Assembly (NCBI GenBank): GCA_028291405.1
Contig: JAQGID010000226.1
Span: forward strand, 1,177-65,176
Length of the DNA stretch: 64,000 nucleotides
Source: Rhodospirillales bacterium
GTDB taxonomy: Bacteria; Pseudomonadota; Alphaproteobacteria; ATCC43930; CGMCC-115725
Direction of reading: 5' to 3'
The notes beneath the pieces are model-generated. The model did not search any database, had not been told where the DNA came from, and saw nothing but the letters and a program-made list of their open reading frames with translations. Shown piece by piece: positions 8,219 to 16,924 of this stretch (position 1 is its first letter; each line of letters starts with the position of its first letter). The translations under genes and the position numbers were made by a program.

Positions 8219-9088
8219 ATGAGAAAGATCATGGATCGCCGCGAGATCGCACCGCTGCCGCATGTCCTGCTCGAGCCGATCGTCCGCATGGCGCTGCTCG
8301 AGGATCTCGGCCGCGCGGGCGACGTCACGACCGACAGCATCATCGCTGCCGACGCTACGGCGCGCGCCGCGATCGTCGCGCGTAAGCCCGGCATCGTGGC
8401 CGGCCTCGATTGCGCCCGCACCGCCTTCGCCCTGCTCGACCCGACGATTACGTTCGCGGTGCAACGGCCGGACGGCAGCGCCGTCGCCGCCGGCGACCGC
8501 ATCGCGCTGGTCACCGGCGGGGCGCGGCCGATCCTTTCGGGCGAGCGCGTCGCGCTCAATTTCATGACGCATCTTTCGGGCATCGCCAGCCTCGTCGCGC
8601 AGCTCGTCGAGGCCTCGCGCGGCCACCGGGCGCGGATCTGCTGCACGCGCAAGACACTCCCGGGGCTGCGCGCCTTGCAGAAATATGCCGTCCGGGTCGG
8701 CGGCGGAGTCAACCATCGCTTCGGCCTCGACGATGCGATTCTCATCAAGGACAATCACATCGTCGCCGCCGGTGGCATCGGCCATGCGATCGCCACGGCG
8801 CGCCGCGCCGTCGGCCATATGGTCAAGATCGAGATCGAGGTCGATAGGCTCGAACAGATCGACGAGGCGCTGATGCATAAGCCGGACGCGATCCTGCTCG
8901 ACAACATGTCGCCGGAGATGATGCGGCAAGCCGTCGCCATGATCGACGGCCGTGCTCTGACCGAGGCCTCGGGCGGCATCCGGCCGGAAACCATTGCTGC
9001 CGTCGCCGCATCTGGGGTCGACCTGATCTCGGTCGGCTATGTTACCCACAGCGCCCCATCGCTCGACATCGGGCTCGACTTCGATTAA
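8219..9088 (+). CDS. nadC: nicotinate-nucleotide pyrophosphorylase (carboxylating) NadC
   Basis: GERVALNFMTHLSGIAS..CTRKTLPGLRALQKYAVRVGGGVNHRFGLDDAILIKDNH..LDNM..EASGGI is the typical QPRTase core. Confidence 0.95.
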   Translation: MRKIMDRREIAPLPHVLLEPIVRMALLEDLGRAGDVTTDSIIAADATARAAIVARKPGIVAGLDCARTAFALLDPTITFAVQRPDGSAVAAGDRIALVTGGARPILSGERVALNFMTHLSGIASLVAQLVEASRGHRARICCTRKTLPGLRALQKYAVRVGGGVNHRFGLDDAILIKDNHIVAAGGIGHAIATARRAVGHMVKIEIEVDRLEQIDEALMHKPDAILLDNMSPEMMRQAVAMIDGRALTEASGGIRPETIAAVAASGVDLISVGYVTHSAPSLDIGLDFD

Positions 9089-9196
9089 CCGGTAGCCTGC
9101 TCGCTCAGACGAAAAGTCTTAAGTTTTTTTACTTAGGTGGTTTTTATCGTCTCCGCAGGTCGGGTACCGTCCAAAATTGTTTACCTGGGTAAGCCG

Positions 9197-9553
9197 ATGA
9201 CGACGATCCTGCTGGTCGAGGACGACGAGGCATTTCTCTATTCGGCCGCTCGTCACCTGACGGAGGCCGGATATCAGGTCGTCATCGCGGCCGATTCGAT
9301 GGCGGCGTTGCGCGAGCTCGGCTCGGAGGCAATCGACCTCCTCGTCACCGATATCGTCATGCCACATGGCAAGCCGCATGGCATTGCCTTGGCGCGCATG
9401 GCGAGAATGCGCTTCGCCGCTCTGCCTATTATCCTCATCACGGGATACGACAACGTTGTTGGGGGCGACTCGGATCTTCCGGGGCCGCTGTTGCAAAAGC
9501 CGGTCGGCATGGAAGTTCTCACCCAGACGATCAGCAAGCTGCTGGCGGCGTGA
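9197..9553 (+). CDS. single-domain response regulator (receiver only)
   Basis: MTTILLVEDDE..DLLVTDIVMP..ILITGY..LQKP gives the acidic pocket, the phospho-acceptor Asp and the conserved Lys. Confidence 0.85.
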   Translation: MTTILLVEDDEAFLYSAARHLTEAGYQVVIAADSMAALRELGSEAIDLLVTDIVMPHGKPHGIALARMARMRFAALPIILITGYDNVVGGDSDLPGPLLQKPVGMEVLTQTISKLLAA

Positions 9554-9583
9554 GGGGCAGGGTTCGCGGTCGGATACGATCGT

Positions 9584-10411
9584 TCAGCCGTCGCGTTCCG
9601 GCAGGCTTTGATCCATCGCGTGCGCCGGGGTTGTCTCGCGGCACCAGCCGACGATGCGGGCGGGGACGCCAGCGACCGTGGCGCAGGGCGGCACGTCGGT
9701 GAGCACGACGCTGCCGGCCCCGACCTTGGCGTTGCGGCCGATCTCGATGTTGCCCAGCACCTTGGCGCCGGCCGAGAGCAGGACGCCGTCGCGCACTTTG
9801 GGATGCCGGTCGCCGCGCTCCTTGCCGGTACCGCCCAGCGTCACCTCCTGGAGGATCGAGACGTCGTTGCCGATCACCGAGGTCTCGCCGACGACGACGC
9901 CGGTGCCGTGGTCGATAAAGACGCCCCTGCCGATCGGCACCGCCGGGTGGATGTCGACGGCGAAGACCTCGGAGACGCGGCTCTGCAGGAAATGCGCGAT
10001 CTCGCGCCGGCCCTGCCGCCACAGGAAATTGCCGACACGGTGCCATTCCAGCGCGTGGAACCCCTTGTAATAGAGGAAGGGCGTCGAAATGTTCTGCGCC
10101 GCCGGATCGCGGGTCGTGATCGCCGCCAGATCGGCGGCGGCGGCGTCGAGGATCGCCGGATCGTCAGCGAATGCGCCGCGGGCGAGGGCGCCCAGCCGGT
10201 CGGCCGACATGAAGACATCGCCCAGCTTGCGCGCCAGCAGCTTCACCAGCGCCTCGGCGAATCCCTCGTTCTGGAAGACTGAGGTTTCCAGGAAACCGCG
10301 CAGCCCGACTTCACGGGCGGAAATCTCCAGCGCCTCGCTGCGGATGCGCGCCCACAGCGCCGCCTGGTCCGAAGAGGTGCCGCGACCTGCGGCAAGCTCG
10401 ATGTCGTTCAT
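9584..10411 (-). CDS. cysE: serine O-acetyltransferase CysE
   Basis: TRDPA..YKGFHALEWHRV..DIHPAVPIGRGVFIDHGTGVVVGETSVIGNDVSILQEVTLGG..RHPKV shows the SATase N domain plus hexapeptide repeats. Confidence 0.95.
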   Translation of the reverse strand: MNDIELAAGRGTSSDQAALWARIRSEALEISAREVGLRGFLETSVFQNEGFAEALVKLLARKLGDVFMSADRLGALARGAFADDPAILDAAAADLAAITTRDPAAQNISTPFLYYKGFHALEWHRVGNFLWRQGRREIAHFLQSRVSEVFAVDIHPAVPIGRGVFIDHGTGVVVGETSVIGNDVSILQEVTLGGTGKERGDRHPKVRDGVLLSAGAKVLGNIEIGRNAKVGAGSVVLTDVPPCATVAGVPARIVGWCRETTPAHAMDQSLPERDG

Positions 10412-10504
10412 GGGATGATGCTCCCTCGCTGCCGCATTCTACCATGACCGTGGGTCCGGCGGGAAATTCCCCGACGTCTCGGCGAGATGCTATGACCTTG
10501 GCGC

Positions 10505-11446
10505 ATGGCTTCGGAATCTCAAGGGAAGGCCCCAGCATCGTTGCTGAGCGCCGAACGGACGCTGAGCGGCATCGCAATGACCCTCGCCGCGCTGATGCTG
10601 TTCAGCATTCAGGATACGTTCTCAAAGCTGCTCGCGGTCACCTACCACCCGCTCGAGATCGCTTTCGTGCGCTTTCTCACCATGCTGGTCCTGATCCTGC
10701 CATTCCTCCTGCGCCGTCCCGGAGCGCTGCGCAGCAACATGCCGGGACGCCAGCTCGTGCGCGGCCTCACCATGTTCGGGGCGACCACGCTCTTCATCCT
10801 CGGCTTGTCGCATCTGCCGATCGCCGAGGCGACCGCGATCGGCTTCGTCTCGCCGCTCTTCGTCACCGCGCTCTCGATCCCGATGCTCGGCGAGACGATC
10901 GGACCGCGCCGCTGGGCCGCGGTCGTCGTCGGCTTCATCGGCGTGCTCGTGGTCATCCGCCCGGGCACCAGCGCTTTCCAGCCGGCGGCGCTCTTTCCGA
11001 TCGCCTCCTCGACATTCTGGGCGCTCGGCATCGTCCTTACCCGCACCATGCATGGCGCCGACAAGACGCTGACGATCCTGATCTACTCGACGCTCATTGG
11101 ATTCTGTGTTTCGGGTCTCACCATGCCCTTCGTCTGGCGGACGCCGGACCTTGCGGCCCTCGCCATGATGACGGCGCAGGGGACGTTGAGCACGATCGGC
11201 CAGGCGCTGATGATCGCTGCTTTCGGTCGCGCCGGCGCCTCGGTGCTGGCGCCGTTCTCCTACAGCCAGATGTTGTGGGCGACGGCGCTTGGCTACGCAG
11301 TATTCAATACGATCCCCGATACGCTGACCGGGATCGGCTCGGCGATCATCATCGCCAGCGGCCTCTACATCCTCCACCGCGAGCGCATTCTGCAGCAGCG
11401 GCGCGCGCTCGCGGCGAAGGCGAGGGGCCCGCTTACCCCGCCTTGA
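10505..11446 (+). CDS. DMT superfamily (EamA-like) transporter
   Basis: About 10 predicted TM helices in two EamA-like halves (LFSIQDTFSKLL..; ..LFPIASSTFWALGIVLTR..). Confidence 0.85.
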   Translation: MASESQGKAPASLLSAERTLSGIAMTLAALMLFSIQDTFSKLLAVTYHPLEIAFVRFLTMLVLILPFLLRRPGALRSNMPGRQLVRGLTMFGATTLFILGLSHLPIAEATAIGFVSPLFVTALSIPMLGETIGPRRWAAVVVGFIGVLVVIRPGTSAFQPAALFPIASSTFWALGIVLTRTMHGADKTLTILIYSTLIGFCVSGLTMPFVWRTPDLAALAMMTAQGTLSTIGQALMIAAFGRAGASVLAPFSYSQMLWATALGYAVFNTIPDTLTGIGSAIIIASGLYILHRERILQQRRALAAKARGPLTPP

Positions 11447-12824
11447 CGAAGGCGGCGGTGTCGTCGAGCGCCTTGCCGAAGCGGGTCACCAGCGCGTCGA
11501 TCTCCGACTCGGTGATGATCAGCGGCGGACAGATCGCGATCGTGTCGACCAGGGCGCGCACGATCAGCCCGTGCTCCTGGGCGCGGCCCATGAAGTAGGT
11601 GCCCATGCCGCGCTTCGGATCGAAGCCGCGCTTGGCTTTCTTGTCCTCCATCAGCTCGATGCCGGCGATCAGCCCTATGCCGCGGACGTCGCCGACCAGC
11701 GGGTGGTCGGCGAATTGGCGCAGCCCGTCCTGCAGTCGCGGCGAGACCTTGCGGACCTGGTCGAGGATCTTGCGCTCCTCGTAGATCTTCAGCGTTTCGA
11801 CGGCGACGGCGGCGCAGACCGGATGGCCGGAGTAGGTGAAGCCGTGCGCGAAGGGGCCGACCTTGTCGCTCTCTGTGAGGCAGGCCTGGTAGATGTCCTC
11901 CGAGATGATCGTCGCCGAAATCGGCACATAGGCCGAGGACAGCGCCTTGGCGACGGTGATGATGTCGGGCTGCAGCTTGTAGGTCTCGGTCCCGAACATG
12001 TTGCCGGTACGGCCGAAGCCGCAGATAACCTCGTCGGCGATCAGCAGGATGTCGTATTTCTTGAGGATCGGCTGGATCTTCTCGAAATAGGTCTTCGGCG
12101 GCACGATGAGGCCTCCGGCGCCCTGAATCGGCTCGGCGATGAAGGCGGCGATCGTGTCCGGTCCCTCGCGCAGGATTTGCGCCTCGAGGCTCTCGGCCAT
12201 GCGGGTCGCGAAATCCTCCTCGCTCTCGCCCGGCTTCCCCGAGCGATAGTAGTGCGGGCATTCGGCGTGGCGGATATTGGCGATCGGCAAGTCGAAGTCG
12301 ATGTGGTTGGCGGGCAGGCCCGTAAGGCCGGCGGTCGCGACAGTGACGCCGTGATAGCCGCGGATGCGCGAGATGATCTTCTTCTTACGCGGCCGGCCGC
12401 GCGCATTGTTGAAGTACCAGACGAGCTTGATTGCCGTGTCGTTTGCCTCTGAACCGGAATTATTGAAGAATACCTTCGACATCTTGACCGGCAGCATGGC
12501 GAGGACGCGCTCGGCGAGTTCGATCCCGACGTCGTGCGATTTCGAGGTGAACATGTGATAGAACGGCAGCTTGCTCATCTGCCGCGTCGCCGCGTCGATC
12601 AACCGTTGCTCGCCGAACCCAAGCGAGGTGCACCACAGACCGGCGAGGCCCTCGATATATTCCTTGCCCGCCTCGTCGTAGACATAGACTCCCTTGCCCT
12701 CGGTGATCACCAGGGGGCCGTCCTTCGCGTGCTTGCGCAGGTTGGTGTAGGGGTGCAGCAGCGACGCAATGTCGCGGGCGGACGCGGAATTGCCGGGTGA
12801 GGCGGTGGGAACGGCGTCGTTCAT
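11433..12824 (-). CDS. class III (omega) aminotransferase, PLP-dependent
   Basis: HPYTN..GLWCTSLGFG..NSGSEANDTAIKL..YHGVT..ADEVICGFGRTGNMFG..DIITVAKALSSAY with the PLP lysine. Start at MNDAVPT; an alternative MMM start lies at 12842. Confidence 0.9.
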   Translation of the reverse strand: MNDAVPTASPGNSASARDIASLLHPYTNLRKHAKDGPLVITEGKGVYVYDEAGKEYIEGLAGLWCTSLGFGEQRLIDAATRQMSKLPFYHMFTSKSHDVGIELAERVLAMLPVKMSKVFFNNSGSEANDTAIKLVWYFNNARGRPRKKKIISRIRGYHGVTVATAGLTGLPANHIDFDLPIANIRHAECPHYYRSGKPGESEEDFATRMAESLEAQILREGPDTIAAFIAEPIQGAGGLIVPPKTYFEKIQPILKKYDILLIADEVICGFGRTGNMFGTETYKLQPDIITVAKALSSAYVPISATIISEDIYQACLTESDKVGPFAHGFTYSGHPVCAAVAVETLKIYEERKILDQVRKVSPRLQDGLRQFADHPLVGDVRGIGLIAGIELMEDKKAKRGFDPKRGMGTYFMGRAQEHGLIVRALVDTIAICPPLIITESEIDALVTRFGKALDDTAAFVKAG

Positions 12825-13078
12825 GGCGGGGACCATCATCATCTTGGGTTGTCGGGACGGTGCAGAGCGCGGCGCGTCGTGGCTTTGCCGAGCTTTTCTC
12901 CGCTGCGTCGGCCTTCCGGCCAGCGTCGTTGAGTACAATCTTATACGAATGTGCAGCGGCATTAATACAAGGGCAAGCTGCGGGACGGTAGAGTTTCGTC
13001 GTGGCGGCAATCGGCGGCGGGAACAAGTTTCCGTGGCAGCCGTTGTGAGCCCGGAGAACATTTTCAGGTACCGATGAC

Positions 13079-13243
13079 ATGTCAGCATTTCGGATCACCC
13101 CCGAGCTTCTGCGCCAGGACGCGGCGGCCTATCGTGCCCGCGCTGGGCTGGCGACGACACAAGACGAGGCCAAGACACTGGTCGGGACTGCCGATCAGCT
13201 CGAGATGACGGCGGACGAGCTGGAGCAGCCCGTCAGCCATTAA
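13079..13243 (+). CDS. hypothetical 54-aa protein (below the ORF-track cutoff)
   Basis: MSAFRITPELLRQDAAAYRARAGLATTQDEAKTLVGTADQLEMTADELEQPVSH. High third-position GC. A GGGTCGC-tctg-GCGACCC hairpin lies 10 nt after the stop. No clear RBS. Confidence 0.25.
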   Translation: MSAFRITPELLRQDAAAYRARAGLATTQDEAKTLVGTADQLEMTADELEQPVSH

Positions 13244-13333
13244 CAGCGGCGCTGGGTCGCTCTGGCGACCCGATAGGCAAAACCCTCGACGCGTGGCAGA
13301 ATCGTCGGCCGAGCAACTCCGGCATGCCGACCG

Positions 13334-14128
13334 ATGTCCAAATCTTCATCCGCAACGACCGGCGCCAGGCGCTTCGATCTCGCTGGTGCGACGGCGCTCG
13401 TCACCGGTGCCTCTTCCGGTCTCGGCCGGCATTTCGCGCTGACCCTCGCTGCCGCCGGTGCCCGCGTCGCGGTCGCAGCACGGCGGATCGCTGAGCTTCG
13501 CGAGCTCGCGGCGGAAATCGCCGAGTCCGGCGGGACCGCGTTGCCGGTCGCCTTCGACGTCCTCGCACCCGCCTCGGTCGACGCCGCCATCGCCAGCGTC
13601 GAAGCCAAGCTCGGGCCACTCGACATCCTCGTCAACAATGCCGGAATCGCCGCGACGGCGGGGTTTCTCGCCCAGGACGAGGCGGAATGGCGCCGTGTCC
13701 TTGCCACCGATCTCGATGGCGCCTGGCGCGTCGCGCATGCGGCAGCCTTGCGCATGGCTGCGCATGGCCGCGGCGGCGCCATCGTCAACATCGCCTCTAT
13801 TCTCGGCCTGCGGCCGGCGAGCCACGTCTCGGCCTATTCGGCGGCGAAAGCCGGGTTGATCAGCCTGACGCAATCGATGGCGATCGAACTGGCGCGTCAC
13901 AAGATCCGCGTCAACGCGCTGGCGCCGGGGTACGTCGAGACCAATCTCAACCGCGACTTCCTGCGGGGGCCCGCCGGTCAGGCGATGACGAAGCGTGTGC
14001 CGCTGCGCCGCTTTGGCGAGGTCGAGGATCTCGACGGCGCCTTGCTGCTGCTGGTATCCGACGCCGGACGCTACATGACCGGCAGCGTCATCGTCGTCGA
14101 CGGTGGCCACTCGCTCGGCATCACCTGA
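13334..14128 (+). CDS. short-chain dehydrogenase/reductase (SDR)
   Basis: TGASSGLG cofactor motif, NNAG, and the YSAAK catalytic motif. Confidence 0.9.
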   Translation: MSKSSSATTGARRFDLAGATALVTGASSGLGRHFALTLAAAGARVAVAARRIAELRELAAEIAESGGTALPVAFDVLAPASVDAAIASVEAKLGPLDILVNNAGIAATAGFLAQDEAEWRRVLATDLDGAWRVAHAAALRMAAHGRGGAIVNIASILGLRPASHVSAYSAAKAGLISLTQSMAIELARHKIRVNALAPGYVETNLNRDFLRGPAGQAMTKRVPLRRFGEVEDLDGALLLLVSDAGRYMTGSVIVVDGGHSLGIT

Positions 14129-14137
14129 GGTTTCGGC

Positions 14138-15334
14138 ATGGATTTCACGCTGCCCGCCGAGATCGAGACGCTGCATCGCCGTTATGTCGATTTCGTCGAG
14201 GCCGAGATCCTGCCGGTCGAGCGCGACCCCTCCGCCTGGGGCGAGGGGGAGAACATCGACCTCGCGCATCTCGCGATCCTGCGCGGCAAAGCGAGATCCG
14301 CCGGGCTCTGGGCACCGCAGGTGCCGCGCGAGCTCGGCGGCATCGGTCTCTCGATGGTCGGCATGGCGGCTTGCTACGAGGCGATGGCGCGCTCGCTGTT
14401 CGGACCCGTCGTCTTCAACTGCGCCGCGCCCGACGATGGCAATATGATGTTGCTCGCCAAGGTCGCGACGCCAGCGCAGCGACAGCGTTGGCTGCAGCCC
14501 ATCATCGACGGTTCAGTCCGCTCGTCCTTCGCCATGACCGAGCCGATGCCGGGATCGGGATCCGACCCTTCGGCGATGCGGACGCGGGCCGAGCGGCGAG
14601 CCGGTGGCTGGGTCGTCTCCGGCCATAAATGGTTCATCACCGGCGCTGCCGCGGCGCAGCATTTCATCCTGTTGGCGCGGACCTCCGACGATCCGCGCAA
14701 AGGACTCACCGTCTTCCTCTTCGATGCCGCGCAGCCGGGCTGGCGGATCGAGCGCCGCATTCCGATCATGGGACCGGAGGAGCACGGCGGCCATTGTGAG
14801 CTGATCTTCGACGGGCTGGAAATCCCCGAGGAGAATGTGCTCATGGAGGTCGGCGACGGGCTTAAGGCGACGCAGATCCGCCTCGGCCCGGCGCGGCTGA
14901 CGCATTGCATGCGCTGGCTCGGCATGGCGAAGCGGGCGACCGAGATCTGCCTCGACTATGTCCGGGAGCGCGAGAGCTTCGGCGCCGTCCTCGCCGATCA
15001 CGAGGGGGTGCAATGGCTGCTCGGCGGCGCTGCGATGGAGATCGAGATCGGCAGGCTGCTGACGATGCGCGCCGCCTGGAAGCTCGACCAGGGTGATTTC
15101 GCGCGTAGCGAGATCTCGATGGCGAAGATCGCCGTCTCCGAGCTGCTGCACAAATCGATCGATACGGCGATCCAGCTGCTCGGCGCGCGCGGTTACTCGA
15201 AGGATACGCCGCTCGAATGGATGTACCGCTACGCCCGTCAGGCGCGGCTCGTCGACGGCGCCTCCGAGGTTCACAAGATGGTGCTGGCGCGGACGCTCCT
15301 CGCCAAGGGCGCCGATTTCTGGTCGTGGAATTGA
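14138..15334 (+). CDS. acyl-CoA dehydrogenase family protein (FadE2/ACAD10-11-like)
   Basis: FAMTEP..GSDP..KWFITGA..RESFG..YRYARQARLVDGASEVHKMVLAR shows the ACAD N, middle and C domain signatures. Confidence 0.9.
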   Translation: MDFTLPAEIETLHRRYVDFVEAEILPVERDPSAWGEGENIDLAHLAILRGKARSAGLWAPQVPRELGGIGLSMVGMAACYEAMARSLFGPVVFNCAAPDDGNMMLLAKVATPAQRQRWLQPIIDGSVRSSFAMTEPMPGSGSDPSAMRTRAERRAGGWVVSGHKWFITGAAAAQHFILLARTSDDPRKGLTVFLFDAAQPGWRIERRIPIMGPEEHGGHCELIFDGLEIPEENVLMEVGDGLKATQIRLGPARLTHCMRWLGMAKRATEICLDYVRERESFGAVLADHEGVQWLLGGAAMEIEIGRLLTMRAAWKLDQGDFARSEISMAKIAVSELLHKSIDTAIQLLGARGYSKDTPLEWMYRYARQARLVDGASEVHKMVLARTLLAKGADFWSWN

Positions 15335-15344
15335 CGGGCGGGCA

Positions 15345-16364
15345 TTGACCGGCGAAGCCGCGCATATCGACACCTCCGAAGCCGCGCGAGCGCGACTTGG
15401 CCGGATAATCGCTGCGGCACTGGGAGAGGCGACCGTCCTCTCGATCGAAAAGCTTTCGGGCGGCGCCATTCAGGAGAATTACGCGGTCGACGTCGAGACC
15501 GCCAGTGGTAGGCAGCGTCTCGTCCTGCGTGCCGATGCGCCCTCCGCCATCGCCGTCAGCCACGGCCGCGCCCAGGAATTCGCGCTGCTGAAAGTCGCCC
15601 ACGCTGAAGGCATGACGGTGCCCCAGCCGATCTTCTTCTGCGCCGACCCGACGATCCTCGGCAAGCCGTTCTATGTGATGCGGCGCGTCGCCGGAACCGC
15701 CGCCGGCCACGTCATCGTCCGCGACGACAAGTGGCACGGCGACCGGATCGCGCTCGCCGATCGGCTCGGCCGCGAGCTCGCGATCCTGCATCGGGTGCGG
15801 CCGCCGCATCCAGATCTTGCTTTCCTGCCGATGCCAAGCGTCTCTCCCGCGCTCGTCGCCATCGAAGCCTATCGCGGCTTTCTCGATTCTTATCGCTTGC
15901 CGCGGCCGGCGCTCGAATGGGGGCTCCGCTGGCTCGAGCGCCACGCGCCGCCGCTTGCCGAGCTGGTGCTCTGCCACCGCGACTACCGCACCGGCAATTA
16001 CATGGTGGATGACTCAGGTCTCACCGGCATCCTCGACTGGGAGTTCGCCGGGTGGGGCGATCCGCACGAGGACATCGGCTGGTTCTGCGCCAAGTGCTGG
16101 CGTTTCGGCGCGAATGCGCGCGAGGCTGGCGGCATCGCCGGGCGCGACGATTTCCTGCGAGGCTACAGCGCCGAGTCGGGCCGCCGGATCGACCCCGGGC
16201 AGGTGCGATACTGGGAGACGATGGCGCATGCCCGCTGGGCAGTCATCGCGCTGCAGCAGGGCGAGCGTCATGTGTCCGGTGCCGAGCCGTCGCTCGATCT
16301 CGCGCTGACCGGCCGCCGCGTCGCCGAGCTCGAGTACGAGCTTCTGCTTATGACGGGACCTTAG
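15345..16364 (+). CDS. phosphotransferase (APH/choline-kinase fold) family protein
   Basis: LCHRDYRTGNYMVD..ILDWEF gives the Brenner/HxDxxxxN and DxE motifs. There is no in-frame ATG near the 5' end, so the TTG at 15345, just after the ACAD stop, was chosen. Confidence 0.8.
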   Translation: MTGEAAHIDTSEAARARLGRIIAAALGEATVLSIEKLSGGAIQENYAVDVETASGRQRLVLRADAPSAIAVSHGRAQEFALLKVAHAEGMTVPQPIFFCADPTILGKPFYVMRRVAGTAAGHVIVRDDKWHGDRIALADRLGRELAILHRVRPPHPDLAFLPMPSVSPALVAIEAYRGFLDSYRLPRPALEWGLRWLERHAPPLAELVLCHRDYRTGNYMVDDSGLTGILDWEFAGWGDPHEDIGWFCAKCWRFGANAREAGGIAGRDDFLRGYSAESGRRIDPGQVRYWETMAHARWAVIALQQGERHVSGAEPSLDLALTGRRVAELEYELLLMTGP

Positions 16365-16366
16365 AT

Positions 16367-16690
16367 ATGGATCGGCCCGACGCCGCCGAGCTCATCGCCA
16401 TTGCTCTCGCGCGTTTCCGCGAGGAAATTCTCCCCGTGCTTCCCGCGGATCGGCGTCTCGCCGCGCTGATGATCGCGAACGCCCTCGGCATCGCGGAGCG
16501 TGAGCTGGCGGCGGGTGGCGACGACGGGACGATCGCGGCAGCGTTCGCGACACTCATCGGCGAGACCGCTGATGCCGTTCCGGCCTTCGTCGCCGATCTG
16601 CGGCGCGGCCGCTGGGACGATGACGCCGACCTGCATCACCTCCTGCTGCAGGACGCCAAGGCGCGCGTCGCGATCGCAAACCCGCGGTAA
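16367..16690 (+). CDS. small conserved protein partnered with the phosphotransferase (DUF6285/LvaB-like)
   Basis: 107 aa, starting 2 nt after the kinase stop. The size and position match the small subunit found next to APH-type kinases in ACAD clusters; this rests on recollection, not alignment. Confidence 0.6.
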   Translation: MDRPDAAELIAIALARFREEILPVLPADRRLAALMIANALGIAERELAAGGDDGTIAAAFATLIGETADAVPAFVADLRRGRWDDDADLHHLLLQDAKARVAIANPR

Positions 16691-16695
16691 GGGGA

Positions 16696-16836
16696 GATCG
16701 GAACGGACAGGCTGGTGGTCAGGAAATCCGGCATGATGACGTCGGATTCCCGGGTGAAGTGGGTGCCGAGCACCATGATCACGGGGGTGGCCTGCGGAAA
16801 GTCGTAAATCAGTTCGTAGCCCACCCGAATCTTCAT
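16696..16836 (-). pseudogene. N-terminal remnant of a transglutaminase-family gene
   Basis: MKIRVGYELIYDFPQATPVIMVLGTHFTRESDVIMPDFL..VPISPYR is a typical Bact_transglu_N start. Similarity is lost where the frame runs antisense into the stop of the 16367..16690 gene. Confidence 0.5.
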
Positions 16837-16924
16837 CCGACATCCCTGGGCTCACGCGTTCCAATGGCGAGAAGTCCCAGCCATTGTGGGGTCGAATTCA
16901 GTGTCGTCGCATCACTTCCCGGAC

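Noticed and set aside
12825-13078. Possible riboswitch in the ~250-nt leader of the aminotransferase gene.
   Set aside because: I could not match any riboswitch consensus I know (TPP, cobalamin, SAM-II, glycine, ykkC and others). Only generic small hairpins are present.
16636-16836. The 66-aa ORF as an intact small gene.
   Set aside because: Only the first ~47 residues look like a transglutaminase N-terminus. The remainder is antisense to the 3' end of a convergent gene. It is treated as a truncated remnant.
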